A stretch of 42,771 nucleotides of DNA from an uncultured Akkermansia sp. (GTDB lineage Bacteria > Verrucomicrobiota > Kiritimatiellia > RFP12 > UBA1067). Positions 27,699 through 37,964 of this stretch are shown piece by piece. The translations under genes and the position numbers were made by a program. Within the stretch, counting starts at the first letter, position 1; the number at the start of each line of letters is the position of its first letter. The stretch spans positions 1 through 42,771 of the forward strand of contig CAYWNP010000003.1 of the NCBI GenBank assembly GCA_964459675.1, given 5' to 3'. The notes under the pieces are model-generated. The model was not told the DNA's origin and did not search any database. It saw nothing but the letters and a program-made list of their open reading frames with translations.

Positions 27699-29420
27699 AT
27701 GAACGACGAGATCAAGACGAACGAATCCGACACCAGTCGTCACTTCCTGAAACAATGGATCACTGAAGACGTCGCCGCAGGAAAGACGGGTGGCTGTGTG
27801 ACCACACGCTTTCCGCCGGAGCCCAATGGCTACATCCATATCGGCCACGCCAAGGCGATCTGCATTGACTTCGGTATGGCAACAGCCTTTGGCGGCCAGT
27901 GCAATCTCCGTATGGATGACACCAATCCGTCGAAGGAGTCGGATGAATATGCGGAGAGCATCAAGGAAGATATCCACTGGCTCGGGTTTGACTGGGGAAA
28001 AGGCTATTACAATGCAGCCGACCTCTTCGACCAGATGTATGAGATCGCCGAAAATCTGATCAAGACCGGCCATGCTTATGTCTGCAACCTCTCTCAAGAG
28101 GAGTGGAAGGCCTATCGCGGCGTTCCCACAGAGCCTGGCAAGGAGAGCCCGACACGTAACCGCTCCCCTGAAGAGAATCTCGCCCTCTTCCGTCGCATGA
28201 GAGCAGGCGAGTTCAAAGAGGGCGAACAATGCCTCCGCGCAAAGATTGACATGTCCTCCCCCAACATCCATTTTCGCGATCCCGTGATCTATCGCATCCT
28301 CCATGTGCCCCACTACCATGCCGGAAACAAATGGTGCATCTATCCGATGTATGACTTTGCCCATCCGATCGAAGATGCCTACGAAGGGGTGACGCACTCG
28401 CTGTGCACGCTGGAGTTTGAAGTACATCGGCCCCTCTATGATTGGGCCATTGACCGCATGGACGAGATGGGTCTTCTGGTTGTTCGTAACGGCGTCAAGA
28501 TCCGCCCGCAACAACGCGAGTTCGCCCGTCTGAACCTCAGCTATACCGTGATGAGTAAACGCAAGTTGCTCCAGCTCGTCCAAGAAGGCCATGTAGAAAA
28601 CTGGGATGATCCGCGCATGCCGACCGTCTGCGGCCTGCGTCGCAGAGGATACACGCCTGAGGCGATCCGTGAGTTCTGCGAGCGTATCGGTGTCTCCAAA
28701 TTCAATAGCCAGACCGATGTAGCACTTCTAGAATACTGCCTCCGGGACGATCTCAACAAACGCGCGCTCCGGCGCATGGCGGTTCTGGATCCGATCAAGG
28801 TCGTGATTGACAACTTTGAAGAAGGTGCGATTCCCTTTGCAGAGGCGCAGAATAATCCAGAGGATCCGACAACCGGCACCCGCCAGATTCAATTTGGCAA
28901 AGAGCTTTGGATCGAGCGTGAAGATTTTATGGAGGTCCCTGCCAAAAAATTCTTCCGCGTGACCCCTGGACAGGAAGTACGTCTACGTGGCGCTTGCTTC
29001 TTCACCTGTACACACGTCGTGAAGGACGCCACAGGTACTGTCACCGAAATTCATGGTACCTACGACCCTGCAACCAAGGGCGGCAATGCCCCTGATGGCC
29101 GCAAGGTGAAGGGGACCATCCACTGGGTCTCCGCCCAGCATGCTGTCCAGATTCCTGTACGGCTCTATGACCGCCTCTTCACGGTTCCAGATCCACTGGG
29201 TGACGCTAACAAGGACTTTCTCGCGTTCCTCAATCCAGCTTCTGTCAAGACGGTCACGGGATATGGCGAACCCGCCCTGGCAGATGCTAAAGCCGGAGAG
29301 AAGATCCAGTTCGAACGCCTCGGCTACTTCTGTGCGGACAGCAAGGAGTCCAAACCTGGAAGCCCTGTCTTCAACCGTACGGTCACGCTCAAAGATTCCT
29401 GGACCCCGCAGAAAGCGTAA
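27699..29420 (+). CDS. glnS: Glutamine--tRNA ligase
   Basis: TRFPPEPNGYIHIGHAK, YPMYDFAH, CTLEF, VMSKR, KVKGTIHWVS and QFERLGYF motifs. Confidence 0.96.
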   Translation: MNDEIKTNESDTSRHFLKQWITEDVAAGKTGGCVTTRFPPEPNGYIHIGHAKAICIDFGMATAFGGQCNLRMDDTNPSKESDEYAESIKEDIHWLGFDWGKGYYNAADLFDQMYEIAENLIKTGHAYVCNLSQEEWKAYRGVPTEPGKESPTRNRSPEENLALFRRMRAGEFKEGEQCLRAKIDMSSPNIHFRDPVIYRILHVPHYHAGNKWCIYPMYDFAHPIEDAYEGVTHSLCTLEFEVHRPLYDWAIDRMDEMGLLVVRNGVKIRPQQREFARLNLSYTVMSKRKLLQLVQEGHVENWDDPRMPTVCGLRRRGYTPEAIREFCERIGVSKFNSQTDVALLEYCLRDDLNKRALRRMAVLDPIKVVIDNFEEGAIPFAEAQNNPEDPTTGTRQIQFGKELWIEREDFMEVPAKKFFRVTPGQEVRLRGACFFTCTHVVKDATGTVTEIHGTYDPATKGGNAPDGRKVKGTIHWVSAQHAVQIPVRLYDRLFTVPDPLGDANKDFLAFLNPASVKTVTGYGEPALADAKAGEKIQFERLGYFCADSKESKPGSPVFNRTVTLKDSWTPQKA

Positions 29421-29422
29421 TC

Positions 29423-31375
29423 ATGAAGTGCTGCCTCAACAATCTGTCAGCACCTAAAAGCGCAGCCGCGAATATCCATATCACGCTGGGAACGGCCGGG
29501 CATATTGACCATGGCAAGACCTCTATCGTCCGCTGCCTGACCGGCTGCTGGTGCGACAAGTTGCCCGAGGAGCAGGCACGTGGGATGACCATTGACCTCG
29601 GCTTCGCTGTCTGGGAACGACCGGACGGCAGGCGCGTGGGCGTCGTGGACGTCCCCGGACACGAACGGTTCATCCACAACATGGTTGCAGGCGCAAGCGG
29701 CATTGATGTGGTGATGCTCGTCGTCGCGGCGGATGACGGCGTCATGCCCCAGACCATCGAACATGTCCAGATCGTCCGGATGCTCGGCGTCAAGCGTGGC
29801 GTCATCGTGATGAACAAGGTTGACCTTGCAGACGAGGACAAGCGCGCATATGTAGAGGCTGATATCCGCGACTGCGTGGCCGGCACATTCCTAGCAGATG
29901 CCCCCATGGTCCGTTTCTCAGCCAAGACCGGCGAAGGACTTAACGACCTCCTGACCACACTCGAAAAGGTTGTGGACGCGACTGCGGAGCGCGATGATTC
30001 TGGTCCTTTTGAATTGCATGTAGAGCGTGGCTTCGTATTAAAGGGACTGGGGACCATTGTTTCAGGGATCCCCCGCGCAGGCTGCGTCAAACTCGGTGAC
30101 GAGGTGGAACTTCTTCCTGATGGCACACGCCACACCGTCAAAGGTATTCAGACTTATGGGGCGCCTTCTGAAAAGGGCCGGGCCGGCGAATGTGTGGCCT
30201 TGCGTCTTTCCGGAATCACCACTGAGGTGGCCACACGTGGAAAGGTTATTGCCGCACCGGGATACTTCAAGCCCTCGCGCTTTCTGAACGTCAAATTTTT
30301 CTATTTGCCCCATCATGAGCGTCCGCTGGAACCCCGAACATCAATCCGTTTTCATGTCGGCACCTCGGATACACCCGGACATCTAGTCTTGCCCGAGCTC
30401 GCTCGCCTCGCACCTGGCGAAGAAACCTACGCGCAAATCCAGTTGAGCAAGCCTGTCGTGGTTGCTCCCGGCGACTTTTTTGTGCTTCGCTTACTGAGTC
30501 CGGTCAAGACCTTAGGGGGCGGAACCGTGATTGATCAGTCCGAGGCCAAGTTGCGTCGGGGACGTGGCAACTGGCTGGAAGGACGCATCGAGAAGGAAAA
30601 GGCCGTGGACGACGAGTCGCTGGCTCTATTGCTCGCCTTGAAGAGTGCGGGCGCAGCACCCTGCCATATCGACAATTGGGCACGCCAAGCCAATGTGACC
30701 AAAGAGGTCGCCCAGGCAAAAGCAATCACACTGGTCAGCGAGCAGGAAGTCATCGCCTTCCCCGGAGACCGCTACATCACTGCGGAGGCGCTCGCGACTG
30801 TGGAAGCTGACCTAGTCAATCGACTTACCGCCCTCCATGCTGCACACCCCCTTCACCTCGGTTTTGCGAAGAAGGATATTCTCAAAGGCTTTACAGGTAC
30901 ACGCATAGTCATTGATCGTGCCTTTGAACAGCTGCTGGCTGACGACCAGATCACACAGAAACAGGAGCTGATCACACTCACCGGCAAAGAACCGCATCTC
31001 TCCGAGAGCGAACAACGCGCCTCCGACCAACTCGCCAGACTCTTTCTTAATGGAGAGTTTCTCACACCGCGTCCTGACGAACTCCCTGCGCAGACAGGAC
31101 TGAAACAAGAGCTGATTGACGAACTGTTGATCAACCTCCGTCAGCGCAACATCCTGGTGGAACTGGCCGAGCAGATCCTCGTCCATGCGATTCATCTTGA
31201 GAAATCCAAACAAATCCTTTGCAATCATCTCGAAAAGCAGGGACGCATCCGCCTTGCCGAATACAAGGACCTGCTCAACACCTCCCGTAAATTCGCACTC
31301 CCCGTGCTCGAATACTGGGACAAGGCCGGCGTGACCAAACGCGTCGGCGACGACCGCGTCTTGCGCACACCTTAG
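29423..31375 (+). CDS. selB: Selenocysteine-specific translation elongation factor
   Basis: GTAGHIDHGKT, LPEEQARGMTIDLGF, DVPGHERF, NKVD; C-terminal winged helix SRKFALPVLEYWD...T.RVGD.R. Confidence 0.93.
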   Translation: MKCCLNNLSAPKSAAANIHITLGTAGHIDHGKTSIVRCLTGCWCDKLPEEQARGMTIDLGFAVWERPDGRRVGVVDVPGHERFIHNMVAGASGIDVVMLVVAADDGVMPQTIEHVQIVRMLGVKRGVIVMNKVDLADEDKRAYVEADIRDCVAGTFLADAPMVRFSAKTGEGLNDLLTTLEKVVDATAERDDSGPFELHVERGFVLKGLGTIVSGIPRAGCVKLGDEVELLPDGTRHTVKGIQTYGAPSEKGRAGECVALRLSGITTEVATRGKVIAAPGYFKPSRFLNVKFFYLPHHERPLEPRTSIRFHVGTSDTPGHLVLPELARLAPGEETYAQIQLSKPVVVAPGDFFVLRLLSPVKTLGGGTVIDQSEAKLRRGRGNWLEGRIEKEKAVDDESLALLLALKSAGAAPCHIDNWARQANVTKEVAQAKAITLVSEQEVIAFPGDRYITAEALATVEADLVNRLTALHAAHPLHLGFAKKDILKGFTGTRIVIDRAFEQLLADDQITQKQELITLTGKEPHLSESEQRASDQLARLFLNGEFLTPRPDELPAQTGLKQELIDELLINLRQRNILVELAEQILVHAIHLEKSKQILCNHLEKQGRIRLAEYKDLLNTSRKFALPVLEYWDKAGVTKRVGDDRVLRTP

Positions 31376-31399
31376 AATATGTTAATTAAATGTGTAGTC

Positions 31400-31532
31400 T
31401 CTCACAGAGACACAGAGAGCACAGAGAAGCAGGTATTCCGAATGAATAATAAAGACCTATAATGTTGCCCTGTTTCATAGATGATTAACACTTCAATTGG
31501 ATTCCTCCGTGAACTCTGTGGGCTCTGTGAGA
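31400..31532. repeat. Inverted pair of triplicated CACAGAG (9-bp period) arms
   Basis: tctcacagagacacagagagcacagagaa ... ttcctccgtgaactctgtgggctctgtgaga, enclosing ~75 nt. Confidence 0.8.
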
Positions 31533-31662
31533 AAAAACGGCTACACCTTTTAAGAAAATGCGCTAATGTAGCAGCTTTTGGGATTGCAGAAGCATGGAAA
31601 ATATGAGACTGTTTTAAGTCGTAGCACGAGAGCAACACTCTAAAAAGAAAAGGGGAGCAAAT

Positions 31663-32352
31663 ATGAAGCGTTTACTATCATTATCGGCAGCACTGATCAT
31701 GACGTTGAGCTATCAGACAACGGCACGTGCGGAACGTCCGGTGACCGAGGGGGCGAAGATTGGCGAATGGACCATGGATTTTGACGCGGCTAAAAAGCTC
31801 GCGAAGGAGAAGAATCTGCCGATCCTGATGAATTTTACAGGAAGCGACTGGTGTGGTTGGTGCAAGTTGATGGACAAAAACGTCTTTGCAACCGAAAGCT
31901 GGAAAGCCTATGCGACCCAAAACGTGGTAGCTGTCTATATTGACTTCCCCAAAGACAAGACCCTTGTTCCAGAGAAGTTTGTCGACCGCAACAAGGAAGT
32001 GAGCAAAAAATTCAAAGTCCGTGGGTACCCCACCTATATCCTGCTGGCCTCGGATGGTGAGAAGCAGATTGGTCAACTCGGTGCTTCGCGTTCCGCCACA
32101 CCCGAAAGCTTCATCAAGGACCTTCAAAAACAAGTTAACATTCAAAAGAAGATCGCCAAGCTTCCCCCGAAAGACAAAGCGGAATATGACAAGGTGATGA
32201 CGGACGTCGAGGTTGCAGAGAAAGAGATGCAGACCTGGATTGAAACGAGACCTAAAAAGAACGAAGAGAATGACAAAAAACACGCCGCTTTTGTAAAGCG
32301 TATGCAAGAATTCCAAGAAGCCCTTGACGCAATCATTGCGCGCCAAAAATAG
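31663..32352 (+). CDS. Exported thioredoxin-family protein with C-terminal helical extension
   Basis: Signal peptide; FTGSDWCGWC; cis-Pro loop GYPT; GGGGAG RBS. Confidence 0.9.
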   Translation: MKRLLSLSAALIMTLSYQTTARAERPVTEGAKIGEWTMDFDAAKKLAKEKNLPILMNFTGSDWCGWCKLMDKNVFATESWKAYATQNVVAVYIDFPKDKTLVPEKFVDRNKEVSKKFKVRGYPTYILLASDGEKQIGQLGASRSATPESFIKDLQKQVNIQKKIAKLPPKDKAEYDKVMTDVEVAEKEMQTWIETRPKKNEENDKKHAAFVKRMQEFQEALDAIIARQK

Positions 32353-32366
32353 CCCTCTGTTGGCTT

Positions 32367-32399
32367 GCGGTCGGGTTTGATTCAAACCGAACCGCTTTT
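32367..32399 (+). terminator. Putative intrinsic terminator
   Basis: gcggtcgggtttga-t-tcaaaccgaaccgc followed by tttt and a further T-rich run. Confidence 0.55.
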
Positions 32400-32483
32400 C
32401 GGCTTTTCTTTTACCCTCTTTTATGATAAAAAGAGTCCCTTTTCATCGTGCAAAAGGTGTTTGCACAGGATCGGGAATTTTAC

Positions 32484-35400
32484 GTGTACCTTAAACAGAT
32501 TGAAATAACAGGGTTCAAGAGCTTCGCGGATAAGACGCGTCTCAATTTTGAACCGGGCATGATTGCGATTGTCGGACCCAATGGGTGCGGTAAAAGTAAT
32601 GTCTCTGATGCGATCCGCTGGGTCTTGGGAGAACAACGCCCAACCGCCTTGCGTTGCGCCAAGATGCCAGATGTCGTCTTCAATGGAACCGACACACGCA
32701 AACCCTTAGGTATGGCCGAGGTCTCCATCACCTTCACAGACTGCGAAGGCATTTTGGAAACCGACTTTCATGAGGTCACCATTACCCGTCGCGTCTTCCG
32801 TTCCGGCGACGGCCAGTATTTCATCAACAAGACGCCAGCCCGTCTCAAAGATATTCATCGCCTTTTTATGGGCACCGGTATCGGCACGACCTCCTACTCG
32901 GTCATGGCACAGGGCCAAATTGATGCCATTCTCTCCTCCAAGCCTGAAGACCGCCGCGCCGTCTTTGAAGAGGCCGCAGGTATCACCAAATTCAAGGCTG
33001 ACCGTAAAGAGGCGATCCGAAAGATTGAGCAGACCGACGCAAACCTGCTTCGGTTGGCCGATGTCATCCGCGAAGTCAAGCGCCAGATCGGCACGCTTCA
33101 GCGTCAAGCTGGCAAGGCGCAGAAGTACAAAGAACTCAGGGATGAACTGCGCGGCCTCGACATCTTCCTGACACGTCGGCGCCTCGGCGCCCTAGACATT
33201 CGCGTCCGCGAACTGGAAACTTCGATTCACGATCTCTCAGATCTTCTCCTCGAACATCAGAGCAACGTTGCGGAATCCGAGACAGAGTCCGCCAGCATCC
33301 ACAGCCTCATCCATGAGATTGAAGAGCGAATCGCCCTCTTGACCGAGCAAGCCACCCAGGCGGATAACCGTTACATCCGTGCGCAAGAGGTGATCAAGGT
33401 TAATGAGCAGCGCATGGAAGAGTATCGGCTCTGGGCAGAGCGTGACAATCGCGAAATCACAGACACCCAGACGCAGATTGACCAGATCCATCTCCAACTG
33501 GAATCTCTTGCTCAGAAGCGTGAGCTCATGCAGCAGGCTTCTGAGGTCGGCAAGGTCAAACTTGAAGAGACGCAATCCCGTTTTGATGCCCATAAAGCAT
33601 TAATTGATCAGACTCGTTCCCAGTTGCAGCAAGGCCGTCAGACCTCGATCGAATGCGAGCGCCGTACGGCCCAGATCCAGCAAACACTTTCCGAGATGGA
33701 ACGGCGCCAGCGCGAACTCCTGATGAAACGTGATCGCCTCTCCTCCGAGTATCGCCAGCTTGAAGAGAACCTTGCCCGAGTCGAAGAGAGCGTGACTGAG
33801 GTCAACGGACGGCTGGTCACCTTCAAGGAAGCTGTCGGGTTGGTCCAGGATCGCTTTGAGACCTTGGATCAGGAGCGCACAGACGCTTTGTCAGAGCTAC
33901 GGACATTACAAGACGAGACTGGTAAAATCCAATCGCAGGTTGCCGCGAAGCGTGCACAGGTTGATCTGCTCAACGACCGTCGGGAGTCTTCGGAAGATTA
34001 TGCGGCCGGTTCAAAGATGCTTCTCGAGCCCTCCAATCCGCTCGGCGTTGATACGCAATCCCTTTTAGGCACACTTGCAGACAAGTTTAATGCGACACAA
34101 GAACTGCGTCTCGCACTCGAAGCAGCGCTTCGCGCCTGGCTGGATGCGATTGTGGTCCGTGACGCGCCTGCTGCGCGTGCCGTGGTCGCCACCCTGCTGG
34201 CCAAGGGAACCAATGCAGCGGCCAAGCTGATCATCGCCAATACGGATGAGACCGACCCCAAGCCTGAGAAACCATCTTTTCCAGAGGCCGCTGGCCTCTC
34301 CCCCCTGCTCAACCATGTGCAGGTCACCCCGGATTTCGAAGCAGCCGCACAACGCATGCTCGGGCATGTCCTTCTGGCAGACCGTCTCGAGCAGTTGCCG
34401 TCCCCCCTGCCCCGCGGCATTAGCGTTGTGACGCGTGCCGGCGCGATTTTCCATGCCGACGGTACCGTTGAAGTCTGGATGCCAGACAATCAAGTCTCCA
34501 GCCCCCTCGCCCGCCACATTTTGGTCGCGGACACTGAGGAACAACTGATCGGGCTGGAGGATACGCTCTCTAAAAATCGTGCACGCCTGGAAAGCTTGAG
34601 CGCACGTACCCAGGAACTGACTACCCTTTTGAACCAGACCCGGCAGGAACTGGATGAGAACCGCCGAAAAGCAGCCCAGACCGAGGGTGAGTATCAGACC
34701 ATCAATCGCGATGCCGAACGTGCACGTCAACGTCTCACTTTGGTCGCTACCGAACTCGACAGCCTGAAATGCCAGACCGCTGGCGACGAGGCCACCAGCG
34801 AACAATTAATCGCCGAACTTCAAGAGGTGACGTCCAAACGCAACTGTCTGATTGAAGAAACTGCTCAACAAGCAGAACGCCTTCACGAGATGGAGATCAC
34901 CTACGGCGACATTTCCCAACACTTGACCGAGTGCCGGATCCAAATGTCCAGCATCACGCAACAACTGGAGCACACAGCCTCGCAGGCAGATGCTTGCCAG
35001 ACCCGTATTGACGAATTAGACCGTACAATTCAAGGCCGCGCACGGGGCGTCATGTCCTATGACGAGAGCATTGCCCGCCTCAACGCCGAGAACGAGACAC
35101 TCGAAACAAACCTTGAGCCCATGAAGCTGGAAGCAGAGGCGCTTCACGAAAAGATTGAGGGAACTCGGCGTGAACGTGCTGGACAGCAGCGTGCGCTTGA
35201 AAAGAATGACGCCATCCTCTCCGAACGCAGACGCGCGCTGGACTCGGTCCGCGACAACAAGAACAAGGCTGAAGTTGACGTCACCGAATCGCGCATGAAG
35301 CGTCAGAACTTGATTGACCATATTTATAACGAATACGGACTCTCCCCCGACGAACTCATCGCGCATCCCGATCCGACATGGAAAGGCGAACAGCCTCCCG

Positions 35401-36197
35401 TCCCCGAAATTGAATCACGAGCCTCTGAACTTTCTGCCGAGATCCAAGCCCTCGGACCTGTCAACCTCGTGGCCATCGAGGAGTACAAGGAGCTGGAGGA
35501 GCGTTATACCTTCTTACGCGCTCAAGAGGACGACCTGCTCAAGTCCAAAGAACAGATCATCCAACTGATCACCATGATCAACGCGAAGTCGAGTGAACTC
35601 TTCCAGGCGACCTTTGCCCAGGCCAATGCCAATTTCGAAAGCATGTTCATGAAGCTCTTTAACGGCGGCCAAGCCAAGCTTGTCCTCCTGGAGAACGCAG
35701 AAGACCCCTTGGAGTGCGGCATTGATATCATTGCGCGTCCCCCTGGCAAGCGTCCCCAGTCCGTCACCTTGCTCTCCGGTGGCGAACGCACCATGACAGC
35801 AGTCAGCTTGCTCTTTGCTATCTTCATGATCAAGCCTGCCCCCTTCTGTATGCTCGATGAATTGGATGCCGCACTCGACGACAGCAACATCGGCCGTTTC
35901 GTCCTTGCATTGAAAGAGTTCCTGGTCCACTCGCAATTTCTCATCATCACCCACAACCAACATACGATTGCAGGCTCTGACATCGTCTATGGCGTCACCC
36001 AGCAGGAGAAGGGCATCTCCAAGATTGTCTCCATGCGGTTGCGTGAGATTGGAAACAAGGAACTCGCCTTGGGATCGCCCGAAGAGCCCCTCCCGACTGT
36101 TGAGGTCGAAGAGGAAAAGCCGAAGCGGACACGCAAAAAGCGCCTCAACGACGAATCCGAGCAACCTGAAGAAATCAAAGAGGAAAATCCAGCATGA
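32484..36197 (+). CDS. smc: Chromosome segregation protein SMC
   Basis: GFKSF, Walker A GPNGCGKSN, long coiled coils with hinge, LLSGGE, Walker B LDELDAALD; GTG start at 32484. Confidence 0.96.
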   Translation: MYLKQIEITGFKSFADKTRLNFEPGMIAIVGPNGCGKSNVSDAIRWVLGEQRPTALRCAKMPDVVFNGTDTRKPLGMAEVSITFTDCEGILETDFHEVTITRRVFRSGDGQYFINKTPARLKDIHRLFMGTGIGTTSYSVMAQGQIDAILSSKPEDRRAVFEEAAGITKFKADRKEAIRKIEQTDANLLRLADVIREVKRQIGTLQRQAGKAQKYKELRDELRGLDIFLTRRRLGALDIRVRELETSIHDLSDLLLEHQSNVAESETESASIHSLIHEIEERIALLTEQATQADNRYIRAQEVIKVNEQRMEEYRLWAERDNREITDTQTQIDQIHLQLESLAQKRELMQQASEVGKVKLEETQSRFDAHKALIDQTRSQLQQGRQTSIECERRTAQIQQTLSEMERRQRELLMKRDRLSSEYRQLEENLARVEESVTEVNGRLVTFKEAVGLVQDRFETLDQERTDALSELRTLQDETGKIQSQVAAKRAQVDLLNDRRESSEDYAAGSKMLLEPSNPLGVDTQSLLGTLADKFNATQELRLALEAALRAWLDAIVVRDAPAARAVVATLLAKGTNAAAKLIIANTDETDPKPEKPSFPEAAGLSPLLNHVQVTPDFEAAAQRMLGHVLLADRLEQLPSPLPRGISVVTRAGAIFHADGTVEVWMPDNQVSSPLARHILVADTEEQLIGLEDTLSKNRARLESLSARTQELTTLLNQTRQELDENRRKAAQTEGEYQTINRDAERARQRLTLVATELDSLKCQTAGDEATSEQLIAELQEVTSKRNCLIEETAQQAERLHEMEITYGDISQHLTECRIQMSSITQQLEHTASQADACQTRIDELDRTIQGRARGVMSYDESIARLNAENETLETNLEPMKLEAEALHEKIEGTRRERAGQQRALEKNDAILSERRRALDSVRDNKNKAEVDVTESRMKRQNLIDHIYNEYGLSPDELIAHPDPTWKGEQPPVPEIESRASELSAEIQALGPVNLVAIEEYKELEERYTFLRAQEDDLLKSKEQIIQLITMINAKSSELFQATFAQANANFESMFMKLFNGGQAKLVLLENAEDPLECGIDIIARPPGKRPQSVTLLSGGERTMTAVSLLFAIFMIKPAPFCMLDELDAALDDSNIGRFVLALKEFLVHSQFLIITHNQHTIAGSDIVYGVTQQEKGISKIVSMRLREIGNKELALGSPEEPLPTVEVEEEKPKRTRKKRLNDESEQPEEIKEENPA

Positions 36198-36973
36198 AAA
36201 CCCTACTGACCCTCACCGCCGCACTCAGCTCCACCCTGCTCTTCACCGCCTGTACCACAGCCTCAGTCGAGGCTCCAGCGAAACCCCGCACCATTGTCGT
36301 CTGGTCAGAGGGCACCGCTCCTACGAACATCTACCCCAAGGACATCAATGCCGCGATAGTCGAAGGACTGAAGGGTGACCCGCGCTTCGCCAACGACATC
36401 ATCATTGCAGCCTCGATCAATGATCCGGATCAGGGGATCACTGATGAACTGCTTGCCAAAACAGATGTGCTGCTCTGGTGGGGACACAAGAAGCACGGAC
36501 TCGTCTCCACAAACCTGACCGCGAAGATCAAGCAGCGCTGGATGGACGGCAAGATGGGCTTCATCGGACTCCACTCCGCCCACTTCGCCAAGCCCAACAA
36601 GGCGCTCATGGGAACAGCCTGCTCTTTCAGCCTCTACAAGGCCGACACCACGACCACCAAGGTGACGGTCACTGACAAGACCCACCCCATCGCCCATGGT
36701 GTTTCCGAGACCTTCACGGTTGAAAATCATGAGCGTTATGGCGACCCCTACATTGTACCGGCAGGCTATCAGTGCATGTTCGAAGGACTCTCAACCATCA
36801 AGAAGGACGGCAAAACCGACAACGCCAAGATGGGCTTTGCCTGGGAGAGCGTCAACGGTTCCAAGAGCCGCTTCTTCTACTTCCAGCTCGGCCACGAAAC
36901 CAACCCCATCTACTTCGACCCTAACGTCCGCAAGATCCTTGCGAACGCCACTGAATGGGTCATGCCTAAGTAA
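36194..36973 (+). CDS. ThuA (trehalose utilisation)-domain lipoprotein
   Basis: Lipobox FTAC; VVWSE, DVLLWWGH, GLHSAH, HPI and FYFQLGHET motifs. Confidence 0.87.
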   Translation: MKTLLTLTAALSSTLLFTACTTASVEAPAKPRTIVVWSEGTAPTNIYPKDINAAIVEGLKGDPRFANDIIIAASINDPDQGITDELLAKTDVLLWWGHKKHGLVSTNLTAKIKQRWMDGKMGFIGLHSAHFAKPNKALMGTACSFSLYKADTTTTKVTVTDKTHPIAHGVSETFTVENHERYGDPYIVPAGYQCMFEGLSTIKKDGKTDNAKMGFAWESVNGSKSRFFYFQLGHETNPIYFDPNVRKILANATEWVMPK

Positions 36974-36993
36974 GTAAATAAGGAGAAAAACAG

Positions 36994-37851
36994 ATGTCCA
37001 TTCCTTTTAAAGTTGATTTGACAGGTAAAGTCGCCGTGGTCACCGGTGGCGGCGGCGTTCTCTGCGGTGCTTTTGCAAAGGCGCTGGCTGAATGCGGAGC
37101 AGCCGTAGCTGTGGCGGATCTTAAACTGGAATCTGCCCAGCGCGTGGCTGATGAGATCACCAAGGCAGGTGGCAAAGCCATTGCTATCGCGTGTAACGTT
37201 CTTGAAAAAGAGAGTCTTGAGGCCGCCAACAAGGAAGTGGAAGAGAAGCTGGGTCCTGTCTCTATCCTCCTCAATGGCGCAGGCGGCAACCACCCCAAAG
37301 GTACAACCTCCATGGAGTATTTGAATCCGGATGACCTGCTCAAAGAGAACCGCGATTTCATCACCTTCTACGATCTTGATCCCAAGGGTATCGAGTTTGT
37401 CTTCAACCTGAACTTCCTGGGGACCCTGCTCCCCTCGCAAGCCTTCACCAAGAAGATGGCCTTGAATCGTTCCGGTGTCATCATCAACGTCTCCTCGATG
37501 AACGCCTTCCGTCCGCTCACAAAGATTCCTGCATACAGTGGCGCCAAGGCGGCAGTCAGCAACTTCACCCAATGGATGGCGGTGCACATGGCCAAGGCGG
37601 GCATTCGCGTCAACGCGATCGCTCCGGGCTTCTTCGTGACCGACCAGAACCGCGCTTTGCTGAAGAATCCCGACGGTTCACTGACCCCTCGTTCGGAAAA
37701 GATTCTCGCGCATACTCCGATGGGTAAGTTCGGCGAAGCCGATGATCTGCTCGGGGCGTTGCTCTGGTTGGTCTCTGATAAGGCAGCAGGGTTCGTGACA
37801 GGCGTCATTGTCCCTGTTGACGGTGGTTTTGCCGCCTATAGCGGTGTGTAA
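36994..37851 (+). CDS. SDR oxidoreductase, D-mannonate oxidoreductase (UxuB)-like
   Basis: [35 protein letters not shown] and NAIAPGFF motifs. Confidence 0.88.
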   Translation: MSIPFKVDLTGKVAVVTGGGGVLCGAFAKALAECGAAVAVADLKLESAQRVADEITKAGGKAIAIACNVLEKESLEAANKEVEEKLGPVSILLNGAGGNHPKGTTSMEYLNPDDLLKENRDFITFYDLDPKGIEFVFNLNFLGTLLPSQAFTKKMALNRSGVIINVSSMNAFRPLTKIPAYSGAKAAVSNFTQWMAVHMAKAGIRVNAIAPGFFVTDQNRALLKNPDGSLTPRSEKILAHTPMGKFGEADDLLGALLWLVSDKAAGFVTGVIVPVDGGFAAYSGV

Positions 37852-37871
37852 ACAAAAGAAACGATAATTTT

Positions 37872-37942
37872 TCTCACAGAGGCACAGAGATCACAGAGAA
37901 GAAGAATAAAACAATTTCGTGTTTTTTGTGTATTTCGCGGGG
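37872..37942. repeat. CACAGAG arm paired with a TTCGTG arm (9-bp period)
   Basis: tctcacagaggcacagagatcacagagaa ... tttcgtgttttttgtgtatttcgcggg. Confidence 0.75.
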
Positions 37943-37964
37943 AAAAAGAGAAGGAATAAGCACT

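Noticed and set aside
31376-31662. tRNA-Sec (selC) downstream of selB
   Set aside because: No cloverleaf or TCA anticodon arm visible; the region is explained by repeat arms and an AT-rich promoter.
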